A stretch of DNA of 64,000 nucleotides from an uncultured Ignavibacteria bacterium. GTDB taxonomy: Bacteria > Zixibacteria > MSB-5A5 > WJJR01. Position 1 is the stretch's first letter. Every line of letters starts with the position of its first letter. The notes beneath the pieces are model-generated. The model saw only the letters and a program-made list of their open reading frames with translations, was not told where the DNA came from and did not search any database. Shown here piece by piece: positions 9,599 through 19,200 of this stretch. A program made the position numbers and the translations under genes. The stretch spans positions 64,528-128,527 of the forward strand of contig CAZQIZ010000001.1 in the NCBI GenBank assembly GCA_964593585.1, read 5' to 3'.

Positions 9599-9727
9599 TC
9601 TCCCAATCCTACAAGTTATTGGACGCGTATATGTTGTGCCAATTGTCGCAAGCGTTGCTCTAGGCGATACACTCCGGAGGATCTTCAACAGCGGCACCAA
9701 GTTTGCGCTTTCATCGGACAGGGAGTT

Positions 9728-10534
9728 TTGTCTCCCTTGGGAGAGGTCTGCCCGATGAGCGACATGCCAGCGACCATTGAACACCGCTACCGCATCCTGG
9801 GACAGTTGGCGCTGGCCGCCGCGCGCGGGGAAGATCCGCAGGTGCTTTTGCGGCAGGCGCTCGCCGATGCGGTGACCACAGTCGGGCTGGCCGCCGGCGC
9901 GGCGCGCATCTTCGGGACCAAGGGCGCCGACCTTGCCCACGCCCAGGTCGGCGATCCCGCGGCGGTGCGTCAAATCGAGCAACTCGAGCAGACCCTGCTG
10001 GGGCAACTGCGCAAGACCTGGTCGGTCAAATCGCTGTTCATGACGCTCGATCTGGAAGCTCCCGCCGGCATCTTCTCGTATCCCTTGCGCGCCCACGACA
10101 CCGTGATCGGAGTCATCACCGGAATCGCCTACGGTGAGCGCAGTCTGGCGGTCGAGGAGGAGTTTGTCAGCTATCTCGCTTCGATGATGGTGCTGATCGG
10201 ACGCGGCGGTCCGGCCTGGTCGCAACCCGAGGCGGCCCTCGATGCGCAGCGACTCGACAACATCCGCACCGAAGCGGTGATCGAAACCGGCGCCGCCCTC
10301 AACCACGAGATCAACAATCCGCTCATGGCCGTGCTCGGCAACGTGCAACTGCTCATGCGCAAGTCCCCGTCGCTGGACCCCGACACCCTCGCCCGTCTGA
10401 CCAAGGTGCAGGAAGCGGCCGAACGCATCCGCGATGTCACGCACGCCCTCGTGCGCATCAAGAAAGCCAAAAGCGCGCCCTACCCCGGCGGCGGCCGCAT
10501 GATCGACATCGACGGCTCGCCGAAGCAGGAGTGA
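9728..10534 (+). CDS. GAF-domain protein with a HisKA phosphoacceptor (dimerisation) domain but no HATPase_c domain (truncated sensor kinase / phosphotransfer protein).
   Basis: H-box 'ALNHEINNPLMAVLGNVQLLMRK'. N-terminal GAF-like region. The protein ends about 60 aa after the H-box with no N/G1/G2 boxes. Confidence 0.6.
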   Translation: MSPLGEVCPMSDMPATIEHRYRILGQLALAAARGEDPQVLLRQALADAVTTVGLAAGAARIFGTKGADLAHAQVGDPAAVRQIEQLEQTLLGQLRKTWSVKSLFMTLDLEAPAGIFSYPLRAHDTVIGVITGIAYGERSLAVEEEFVSYLASMMVLIGRGGPAWSQPEAALDAQRLDNIRTEAVIETGAALNHEINNPLMAVLGNVQLLMRKSPSLDPDTLARLTKVQEAAERIRDVTHALVRIKKAKSAPYPGGGRMIDIDGSPKQE

Positions 10535-10599
10535 CGCGTGACAACAAGACACGGAGCCGGTCGGTGGGACCGGCTCCGTTCATTCAATCCTGATCGCGG

Positions 10600-11463
10600 C
10601 TAGACCAATTGCTTGAGCAGTCGCAGCACCATCCGGTTGAAGCCCTCGGGGCCGGGGGCGCCGGCGAGGCGGATGCCTTTGTGCTCGCGCAGGAAGGGGT
10701 GGTACTTGCCGTCGGGTCGTTTGACCGCCACGGCGATGTCGCAGACGTTCATCATCGGCCAATCGCTGGGGGCGTCGCCGAAGGCCAGTGTGCGCGGTTT
10801 GACCGGCTCGACCGCGTTGTACCACTTAATCAATTCGGCGACCGCCTTGCCTTTGTCGGCGTCCTCGCCGATCAGATGGTAGAAGCGCCCGCCCTCGATG
10901 ATTGCAAATCCGTTCTTGCTGAGATTCTTCAGGTGATTCTGCAGGGCCGCCTCCGACGGGGTCGGGCGGAAGATGAACGGCTCGGAATACTCCCGCTTCT
11001 TGGCCAGCGCCACCATCCCGTGCGGCACACCCGACATCGCGGTGATGGTATCGAGATTCCAGTCGCCGAATCCCTCGCAGTGGACCTTGGTCGCTTCGCG
11101 GTAGGTGACCAATTGCTTGCGGACCTCGGTGTAGGGGACGCCGAATTCACGCACCCAGAAACCGTCCTTCTCCTTGGCGCCGCGCGGCTTTTCGGGCACA
11201 CTCGCCTTGGGCCAGAAGATGGCCGACCCGTTCTCGCAGATAAAGGGCGTGTCCAGCCCCAGCAGTTTGCGCAGGTGCGTAATCTCGTAGCGGGTCTTCG
11301 ACGAAACCAAGACCAGCGGCACATTGAGCCGCTTGAGTTCGCGCAGCCCCGCCTGGGCGGCCTCGTAGGAGTGGCTGTGGAAATCCAGAAGCGTGCCGTC
11401 GAGGTCGGTGAACACGACCAGCCCCGGCTTGAGCGGACGGGATTTTTTCTTCGGCGGCGCCAT
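10600..11463 (-). CDS. HAD-IIB phosphatase, mannosyl-/glucosyl-3-phosphoglycerate phosphatase family (MpgP/YedP-like).
   Basis: Starts 'MAPPKKKSRPLKPGLVVFTDLDGTLLD'. Later 'LVSSKTRYE' and 'AFGDAPSDWPMM'. The 10600..12066 extension is rejected because it would run through the riboswitch on the opposite strand. Confidence 0.7.
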   Translation of the reverse strand: MAPPKKKSRPLKPGLVVFTDLDGTLLDFHSHSYEAAQAGLRELKRLNVPLVLVSSKTRYEITHLRKLLGLDTPFICENGSAIFWPKASVPEKPRGAKEKDGFWVREFGVPYTEVRKQLVTYREATKVHCEGFGDWNLDTITAMSGVPHGMVALAKKREYSEPFIFRPTPSEAALQNHLKNLSKNGFAIIEGGRFYHLIGEDADKGKAVAELIKWYNAVEPVKPRTLAFGDAPSDWPMMNVCDIAVAVKRPDGKYHPFLREHKGIRLAGAPGPEGFNRMVLRLLKQLV

Positions 11464-11659
11464 GACTGCAGTCCGTTGGTCGCTGGCGATCTTCAAGATG
11501 ACTCTCCGAATGTAAGTGAGTTGAATCGTCTTCGGCAACCGTAAAGCCGCGGTTGTGCTGATCATCCTTCTGCGCGCGTGGGTGCCTCGTGAATGCGGAT
11601 AGAAGATACGACAATTCGATACGTCTTGACAAGTCCCGCGCGAATTTTGCATCTTGGCC

Positions 11660-11835
11660 TCGGCGTTCGGGGATCGCCCAATGGCGATCGACCGGGAAGG
11701 CGGTGCAAATCCGCCACAGCCCCGCTGCTGTAAGCGGCTACAACGACGGCATCGAAGCCACTGGATTGCATCCGGGAAGGCGCCGTCGAAGGCGCGAAGC
11801 CGCAAGTCAGAAGACCGGGCCGAACGTGTTTGATC
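11660..11835 (+). promoter_or_regulatory. Cobalamin (AdoCbl) riboswitch in the 5' leader of the TonB-dependent receptor gene.
   Basis: Conserved core 'ACCGGGAAGGCGGTGCAAATCCGCCACAGCCCCGCTGCTGTAAGCGG' and a B12 box 'GAAGCCACTGG...GGGAAGGCG'. A candidate promoter (TTGACA at 11626) lies upstream. Riboswitch ends about 150 nt before the receptor ATG. Confidence 0.85.
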
Positions 11836-11990
11836 ACCGACGACGCCTTCGCGGGAGGGAGCGGGTGACAGGGACGGGTCCCACGACCCGGCCATGCCAT
11901 CATCACCCGGCCTGATTCCCGGCCGGGTTTTTGTTTCCGACACCGCCACGGCGCCGTCCAGCCCGCCACTCCGAGGGGAGGTGGAGGTCG

Positions 11991-14123
11991 ATGCCGAGTT
12001 TGCCCCGTTTTGTGTGCTGTGTCGCGGCACTTGCGCTGTTGTTGTCTCCTGCGTCCGCGTGGACACAATCCGACATCGTCATCTCCGGCATTGTAATCGA
12101 TGCGATCACGCTCGCGCCGATTGATCAGGCGGCGATTCGTGTCGATGCCACGGCGCTGGTGACTCATTCGCAGGGCGATGGCCGCTTTACGCTCCGCGCG
12201 GTGCCGTATGGCGCCTGGACGCTGATGATCGAGCGCGCCGGATACCATTCGCGTCGCATCGAACAGGTCCGGATTGATGAGGGACTGGCGCGCACCCTGC
12301 GCATCGAGCTGCAGCCCGACCCGGTGCAAGTCGAGGGACTAAAGTCCACCGCTCCTGTAACCGCATCAGGATCAGTCCGTCGGATTCAACTGCGCGAAGG
12401 GCGGCATGCGGGCAAGTCGCTGGCCGAGGTGCTGGCAACGGTGCCTGGCATCCGTGTCTACGGCAGCGCTGATGCGCCCGGCGGCACGCGCATTTCGCTG
12501 GGCGGCGAACCGGCCAGCCGTGTGACGGTCCTGCTCGATGGTCTGCCCCTGTCGGGCGGCGCCGATGGCGCGGTCGATCTGGAAGCGATCCCGAAGGCGG
12601 CTATCACCGCGGTCGAGATCCGTCCCGGAAGCCAGAGTCTGACCGCCGGCGATGCGGCCATGGGGGGCGCGATCAATTTGATCACCGCGCCGCCGCCCGC
12701 GTCGCGTCAATTGGCGGTTTCCTCGCAGGCCGGGCAGTGGGGCGCCCTCCAGCAGGAGGCGAAGGCCACCGTGCGATCCGGCTCACTGCATCTGTCCGCC
12801 GGCGGCGAATATGGCCGTCGCGACGACCGCTACCGCTACATCGACGCCACCGGCGCCTCCGCCACACGTCGCAACGCCGGGCGGGAAGAGGGGCGGATGT
12901 TCGCGCGAGTTACACATTCCGCGCGGCCCACGCTGGAATTGCTCGGCTATGGCTCGCGCATCGAACGCGGCGCGCCGGGAACCATCGAACGCCCGCTCAT
13001 CTCGGCGACGACGACCAATAGGAATGCCCGTGTCCAAACCAACCGTACCTGGGCGGTTGGCTCCCATGCCGCGCTGGCAGTCGCCGGTTGGTATGAGTTC
13101 ACCAGTGAATATTACAACGCCACTGCAGAACGTGTGCCATTCCATACATATATACGTGAGCATTACCTCGGGGCCCGTGTCGGCGGCGAGTTCGACTGGT
13201 TGCGGGGGGCTCTGACGCTGGAAGGGGAGAGCCGGAGGCGCGATCTGCGCGGCGATGATTACCAACGTCCGGCCCTCGCCTTCGGCGCACAATCGCGCGC
13301 GGAGTATGCGTTGCGCGCGCGCTGGCGACGCACATTCGGCGCGTGGTCCATCTCCGGCGGCGCGTCGGTCGATGCCGATGCCGACAACCGCCCCGGCTGG
13401 TCGCCGCGCGCCGATATCAGCTGGCGTCTGCTCGATGGGCTGCACCTGGGCGCGGGCTGGGGGCATTCCTTCCGCCGTCCGCTGCTATTGTCGGCGTTCT
13501 GGAAAAGCGACTACTACACCCAGGGCAACCCGGATCTGCGTCCCGAACGCGCGGTCGAGTGGGAACTGTCGGCCCGCGGGCGTTACCGCTTCCCGCATGC
13601 CGATGTACGCTACTTCGAACGCGATGTCACCGACATCATTGTCTGGGACCTGCGCGGCGCGCCGCCGCGTTATCAACCGGTCAACCTTGCCGGGGCGCGA
13701 GTGATCGGCCGCGAGGATCATGTTGCGGCCACGGCCTGGGACGGCCGAGTCACGCTGGACTACACCCACATCTTCACCGCCGGCACCGACGCCTCCGGTG
13801 AATTCAATTACGAGGGCCGGACACTGGTCTTCATGCCGCGTCACACGCATGACCTGATCGGCGATGCGCAATTGGGACGCTGGGGTGTCTACGCTGCGGC
13901 GCATTGGGTCGGACCGCGTTTCACGCTGCGCGCCAACACCAAGTCGCAGCCGGCCTATCGTCGTTTCGATGCTGCCATTCGCTGCGCCATCCGACGCGGG
14001 CAGCCGGATCTGACGATTGCCGTGCGCGGCGAGAACCTGACCAACGAATCCATCGAATTGTTGCAGGGATACCCATCGCCGGCCCGGACGCTGACGCTGG
14101 CCCTGACAGCGGGGTTTGATTAA
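11991..14123 (+). CDS. btuB: TonB-dependent outer-membrane receptor, BtuB-like cobalamin receptor, with an N-terminal carboxypeptidase-regulatory-like domain.
   Basis: Signal peptide 'MPSLPRFVCCVAALALLLSPASA'. CarbopepD_reg-like 'IVISGIVIDAITLAPIDQAAIRVDATA'. Plug and barrel motifs, with a C-terminal 'TLTLALTAGFD'. Downstream of the cobalamin riboswitch. RBS GGAGGTGGAGG. Confidence 0.85.
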   Translation: MPSLPRFVCCVAALALLLSPASAWTQSDIVISGIVIDAITLAPIDQAAIRVDATALVTHSQGDGRFTLRAVPYGAWTLMIERAGYHSRRIEQVRIDEGLARTLRIELQPDPVQVEGLKSTAPVTASGSVRRIQLREGRHAGKSLAEVLATVPGIRVYGSADAPGGTRISLGGEPASRVTVLLDGLPLSGGADGAVDLEAIPKAAITAVEIRPGSQSLTAGDAAMGGAINLITAPPPASRQLAVSSQAGQWGALQQEAKATVRSGSLHLSAGGEYGRRDDRYRYIDATGASATRRNAGREEGRMFARVTHSARPTLELLGYGSRIERGAPGTIERPLISATTTNRNARVQTNRTWAVGSHAALAVAGWYEFTSEYYNATAERVPFHTYIREHYLGARVGGEFDWLRGALTLEGESRRRDLRGDDYQRPALAFGAQSRAEYALRARWRRTFGAWSISGGASVDADADNRPGWSPRADISWRLLDGLHLGAGWGHSFRRPLLLSAFWKSDYYTQGNPDLRPERAVEWELSARGRYRFPHADVRYFERDVTDIIVWDLRGAPPRYQPVNLAGARVIGREDHVAATAWDGRVTLDYTHIFTAGTDASGEFNYEGRTLVFMPRHTHDLIGDAQLGRWGVYAAAHWVGPRFTLRANTKSQPAYRRFDAAIRCAIRRGQPDLTIAVRGENLTNESIELLQGYPSPARTLTLALTAGFD

Positions 14124-14135
14124 AGGAGAGTCTGT

Positions 14136-15362
14136 ATGCACACCGCCACAAGCCAGCTCCTGGCTTGGAGCCTCATCCTAGGACTGACTCTGTGCGGCTC
14201 CGATGCCCGGGCGGTCGACGATCTGGATCGACTGTATGTCATCAACGGTCTCGGCGAGACGCTCACGCTGATCGACCGCGCCGGCGATTCGCTGGTGGCC
14301 AACTGGATGCCGCTGGGCGGCTGCCCAAACCGCATCCGCGCCCACGAGGGCCTGCTTCTGGTCGTCAACTCCTGCACTGATGACCTCATGGTCATCAATG
14401 CGGCCAGTCGATCGTTGCTTCGCACCGTCGACTTTCCCGGCGGCGACAATCCCTGGGACGTGCTGGTCCTCGATGATTCTCTCTGTGCCATTTCGCTTCT
14501 GGTGGCCAACGAGGTGGCCATTCTGAACTATCAAGTCGGCGTCGAACGACGCCGGTTTGCGGTAGGAACCAGCCCGGAGGGTTTGCTCTATTACGCCGGA
14601 CGTCTCTGGATCGCCAACACCGGCCTCGACTTCGGCACGTTTGAGTACGGTCAGGGGACGGTGTCGATCGCCAATGCGTCGTTGACCGCCGTGCAAGTCT
14701 CAGTCAATGTTGGCACCAACCCACAGGTCCTGGCTGTCGGCGGCGATGGCGAGGTGCATGTTCTCTGCACCGGCAATTACGCCGACCGTGTCGGGCGCAT
14801 CTACACGCTCGATCGCGATTCCTGGCTGCCGACCGATTCGATCCTGATCAACGATTATCCCGGCGATTTGGCGATTGCCTCCGACGGGATCGGCTACATT
14901 GCCGGGGGGGGATTCGTCGACTCCGGCTTCGTCTACCGCTATGATAGCCGGACACATGCGATTCTGAATGGGCCGTCCAATCCCTGGAAAACCGCGCGTG
15001 GTGTGCTGAGTGTGACACCGCGTCTGGAGGGGGGCGTCTTCGCGCTCTGCTTCTCCGCCGACTCGGTCACCGAACTGGCCGCCAACGGCGCACCGGCGGA
15101 TGCCTGGGCGGGAGGCGATGGCCCCGGCTATGCCGCCTATGTGACCAACCGTGTCCCCGGCGACCTCAACGATGACGGCGTGCACAATGTCCAGGATGTG
15201 GTCGAGATCGTGAACACCGCCTTCCGCGGCGGGGCGCCCAGCGGACGGCCCAACGCCGCCGATGTGAACGGCGATTGCGCCTGCGACATCCTCGATGCCG
15301 TGGCATTGGTCAACCATGTCTTCCGCGGCGGCGCGACGCTCTATTGGGGGTGCCTGCAATGA
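14136..15362 (+). CDS. Surface lipoprotein, YVTN/YncE-type beta-propeller with two C-terminal dockerin-type repeats. Candidate BtuG-like B12-binding partner of BtuB.
   Basis: Lipoprotein signal 'LILGLTLCGS'. Repeated beta-propeller blades. C-terminal 'DLNDDGVHNVQDVVEIVN...DVNGDCACDILDAVALVN' (dockerin type I-like). Position is immediately after btuB, as in Bacteroides btuB-btuG. Confidence 0.5.
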   Translation: MHTATSQLLAWSLILGLTLCGSDARAVDDLDRLYVINGLGETLTLIDRAGDSLVANWMPLGGCPNRIRAHEGLLLVVNSCTDDLMVINAASRSLLRTVDFPGGDNPWDVLVLDDSLCAISLLVANEVAILNYQVGVERRRFAVGTSPEGLLYYAGRLWIANTGLDFGTFEYGQGTVSIANASLTAVQVSVNVGTNPQVLAVGGDGEVHVLCTGNYADRVGRIYTLDRDSWLPTDSILINDYPGDLAIASDGIGYIAGGGFVDSGFVYRYDSRTHAILNGPSNPWKTARGVLSVTPRLEGGVFALCFSADSVTELAANGAPADAWAGGDGPGYAAYVTNRVPGDLNDDGVHNVQDVVEIVNTAFRGGAPSGRPNAADVNGDCACDILDAVALVNHVFRGGATLYWGCLQ

Positions 15363-15739
15363 GACCGATCCTCGCCGCTCTGCTTTTGCTTTCCATCGGC
15401 GGCTGCGGTCAGACGACGACCAAGCAGCGCACGGCCCCCAACCAGCCGGGGGCGTTGGTCATCGCCTACCGTCCCGACAGCGCCGACACCTTTGTCGCGG
15501 TCCGTTCCGATTCCGTGGTCGCGTTGGACTGGCTGCGCGAGATTGCCCGTTCGCATGACATCGCGCTGGAACTGAATTCTTACCCCTATGGCACATTGAT
15601 TGAACAGGTCGGACCGCGTCGCAACGGCGACGGCGGCTATTGGCTCTACAGGGTCAACGGCCAGATGGTCCCGAAGTCGGCCGATGCCCACCCCGTCGCC
15701 TGGAGCGACACAGTGACGTTTTTCTTCGACGAGCGTTAA
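15359..15739 (+). CDS. Small lipoprotein, DUF4430-like (transcobalamin/intrinsic-factor beta-domain-like). Candidate BtuH-like B12-binding protein.
   Basis: Lipobox 'LLLSIGGCGQ'. 'GYWLYRVNGQMVP...DTVTFFF' resembles the DUF4430 W-x-Y-x-V-N-G signature. Translationally coupled to the previous gene (ATGA). Confidence 0.5.
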   Translation: MRPILAALLLLSIGGCGQTTTKQRTAPNQPGALVIAYRPDSADTFVAVRSDSVVALDWLREIARSHDIALELNSYPYGTLIEQVGPRRNGDGGYWLYRVNGQMVPKSADAHPVAWSDTVTFFFDER

Positions 15740-15762
15740 TCGTTGCGGCGTATATTCCCGCC

Positions 15763-16296
15763 GTGACCGTCGACGACAACCGTTTCTGGACCGTTCCAAA
15801 TCTGCTCTCGCTGTCGCGCATTGCGCTCATTCCGGTGTGGTGGTGGGTGATGCGCGCCGGGCTTGTTCCATTGGGGGCGGCGTTGATTGTGTATGCCATC
15901 CTCTCCGATGTGGCCGATGGCTGGATTGCGCGCCGCTGGAACCAGGCCAGCCGCTGGGGACGGATCCTCGATCCGATCGGCGACAAACTGGCGGCGGTGG
16001 TGGTGGGGCTGTTCTGCGTGCTCGACCGCGGCCTGCCGGCCTGGGCCTTCGCGCTGACTATTGCCCGCGACCTGTCGCTTCTGGTCGGCGGCTATGTCGT
16101 CCTGTGCCGCACCCATGTCGCGCCGGTCTCGGCCGACATCGGACGCTACGCCGCCCTGCTCTGGGGGATTGTCCTGCTGCTGTATGCCTTCGACTGGCAG
16201 CCCTATGGCCGTTACACCGTCTGGCCGGCGGTCGCGCTGTATCTGGTGGCAGGAGTCTACTACATGCGGCGGACGCTGTCGATCAAGCCGACTTAG
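15763..16296 (+). CDS. CDP-alcohol phosphatidyltransferase family membrane protein. Start uncertain (GTG at 15763; the ORF opens at 15640).
   Basis: Exact family motif 'DVADGWIARRWNQASRWGRILDPIGD' (D-x2-DG-x2-AR-x8-G-x3-D-x3-D). Confidence 0.7.
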   Translation: MTVDDNRFWTVPNLLSLSRIALIPVWWWVMRAGLVPLGAALIVYAILSDVADGWIARRWNQASRWGRILDPIGDKLAAVVVGLFCVLDRGLPAWAFALTIARDLSLLVGGYVVLCRTHVAPVSADIGRYAALLWGIVLLLYAFDWQPYGRYTVWPAVALYLVAGVYYMRRTLSIKPT

Positions 16297-19200
16297 CCCG
16301 TGCCCGGCGGCGGCTGCGCCAGTGGACGACATCGTCCAGCAGCGTGTAGACCACCGGCACCACAATTAAAGTCAGCATCGTCGAAGAGATCAATCCGCCG
16401 ATGACGGCGCGTCCCATCGGCGCGCGGAACTCCGCGCCCGGGCCGATGCCCAGCGCGATTGGCAGGATGCCCATGATGGTGGTCAGCGTTGTCATGATGA
16501 TCGGGCGCAGACGGATCGGACCGGCTTCGAGAATCGCCGCCTCCCGTGTTTCGCCGCGCGAGCGCGCCTGCTTGACAAAGTCGATCAGCAGGATGGCGTT
16601 CTTGGTGACCAGACCCATCAACAGCACCATACCGATCAACGACATAATCGACAACGCGCTGCCGAAGAGAAACAGCCCGACAAACGCGCCCACCAGCGAC
16701 ATCGGCAGCGAGAGCATGATGGTGAACGGGTCGGTGAAGCTCTCATACTGCGACGCCAGCACCAGATAGATGAAGATGACGGCGAGGACCAGCGCGGTGA
16801 AGATTTCGGCGAACGATTCTTCCTGAATTTCCGCCTCGCCGGTGGCGCGGATCGAATATCCGGGCGGCGTCGGCACCTGACGCGCCTTGGCCATCACCGC
16901 GGCGCGTACGTCGCCGGCGAAGGCGCCCGAGGCGATGTTGCCGGAGACCAGCACCTCGCGACGACGGTCGTACCGACGGATCTCCGCCGGCCCGCCGCGC
17001 GGCTGCAGGTGCGCCACTTCCTTTAGCGGCACCATGAAATTCGGATGCGCGGGGATGTCGCGCGTGCTGCCGATCATGAGGTTGGCCAGAGACCACGGGT
17101 CGCCGCGATCGGACGGGGCCAGGCGCAGACGGACGTTGTATTCCTCCGTGCCTTCCTTGAAGGTGGTGACATCGCTGCCGTCAACGAGGGTGCGCAGATC
17201 GGAGGCGATCGCCGCCATCGACAGACCCAGTTCGCTGGCGCGTTCGCGATCGACCACGATCTGTGTTTCCGGACGCGCCCCGGAGAGCGAATTGCGGATC
17301 TCCCTCGCGCCGGGTGTTGCTTTCGCCGAATCCTCCACCGCCGCCGCCAGCATCCTCAGCACCCGCAGGTCCTCGCCCTGCACAGAAATGCCGATCGGCT
17401 GCTGCTCCATCGAGCCGGCCTCCAGCGCCAAACCGAGGTAGAGACCGGGAAAATCGGCCAGGCGCTCGCGCATTTCGCTTTGCAGCACGAACACATGGCG
17501 GTCACGCCGGTCATGCGGGGTCAGGATCACCGTGACCATGCCTTCGTTGACCCCTTGCTGCTGCGCGCCAATGGTGGTGAAGATGCCCTCGACTTCGGGC
17601 GTCTCGCGCAGCCGCTCTTCCAGCCGCGCGGTCAGCTCGACCGTCTGTCGCAAAGTCGTCCCCGGCGCCGCCTCAAAGGCGATATAGATCTGGCCGCGAT
17701 CCGACATCGGCAGGAACTCGGTGCCAATAAAGGGCAGGAGGAAGAAGCTGCCGACAAACCCGATCCCAGCAATGGTCATCGTGGCCAGCCGATGGCGCAG
17801 CGCCCAGGCGAGGGTGCGGCGGTAGAGCCCCTTAACCCATTCGAAGGCGGCGTTGAAACGCGCCAGCAGGGCGTACAGGCCGCGACGCGACCGGACGGTT
17901 TGCTCCTCCTCGGAGCGGGTGACCAGGCGCGAAAACAGCATCGGCGTGAGCGTGAAGGCGACAAACAACGAGACCAACACCGACACCGCCACGGTCATCC
18001 CGAATTGGTAGAAGAAGCGGCCGACGATGCCGCCCATGAAGGCGACCGGCACAAAGACCGCCACGATCGTGAAGGTCGTCGCCATGACCGCCAGGCCGAT
18101 TTCGCCGGTGCCTTCGGCGGCGGCGGTGTGGCTGTTGCCCCCGCGATGAAAGTGCCGATGGATGTTTTCGATCACGACTATGGCATCATCGAGAAGGAGG
18201 CCGGTGGCGATCGACAGCCCCAAAAGCGACATGAAGTTGATGGTGAAGTTGAGCAGATCCATCATCATGAAGGTGGCAATGATGGACGTCGGTATGGCCA
18301 GCGCCGATATCAGCGTCGTACGCCAGTCGGCCAGGAAAATGAAGATAACCAGCACCGCCAGCAGGCCGCCGTAGAGGATGTTGACGATCACATCCTCGAC
18401 CGAGTCGCGGATGAAGATGGAGTTGTCGGTGGCGACGACGATCTCGATGTCCGGCGGCAGCTCGCGCCGCAACTCGACCAGGCGCGCCTGGATGCCATCG
18501 GCGACCTGCACCGTGTTGGCGCCCGACTGCCGGACCACGTTCAGCGAGACCGCCTCGGCGCCGTTGTAGCGCGCGTAGCTGCGCTGCTCGGCGATACCGT
18601 CGCTGACAGTCGCTATGTCGGACAAGCGCACCGGTTTCCCGTCGCGGTGCGCGACCACGATCGCGGCGAAGTCGCGCCAGTCGATCAGACGGCCCAGCGC
18701 GCGGACGGTGATTTCGCTTTCGCCTCGGTCCAGACGGCCGACCGGAATCTCGACATTGGCCTGGGCGATGGCGGCGGCAATCTCATGCACCGGGAGGCGA
18801 AAGGCCTCCAGCCGGGCGCGGTCCAACGCAATCTGTATCTCACGCTCCTCGCCGCCGGCCAACTGCACCGCCCCGACGCCGGGCACCCCCTCGAGGCGCT
18901 TCTTGATCACGTCCTTGCTGAAGGTGGTGATTTCCTTCAACGGACGGTCGCCGGAGACCACCAGCGACATGATCGGCATGGCATCGGGATCGAAGCGCTG
19001 GATGATCGGATCCTCGGCGTCGTCGGGCAATTCGGAGGTGATAGTCGAGATCTTCTCGCGCACCTCCAGCGCCTTGTCGGAGGGCTTCTCGCCGAGTTCG
19101 AACTCGGCAATGATCATCGAGAGGCCGTCCTGCGATGTCGACGTGATGTGCTTGAGCCCGGAGATCGTGTTGATCTCATCCTCGATCAGCTTGGTGACCT

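Noticed and set aside
9473-11544. Long ORFs 9473..10552 (-) and 10609..11544 (+), antisense to the GAF-HisKA and MpgP-like genes.
   Set aside because: The opposite-strand genes carry clear family motifs (H-box, DxDGT). These ORFs are compositional artefacts.
10600-12066. 488-aa extension of the HAD-IIB gene.
   Set aside because: The upstream 200 aa are low-complexity and would run antisense through the cobalamin riboswitch. A clean start 'MAPPKKK' exists at 11463.
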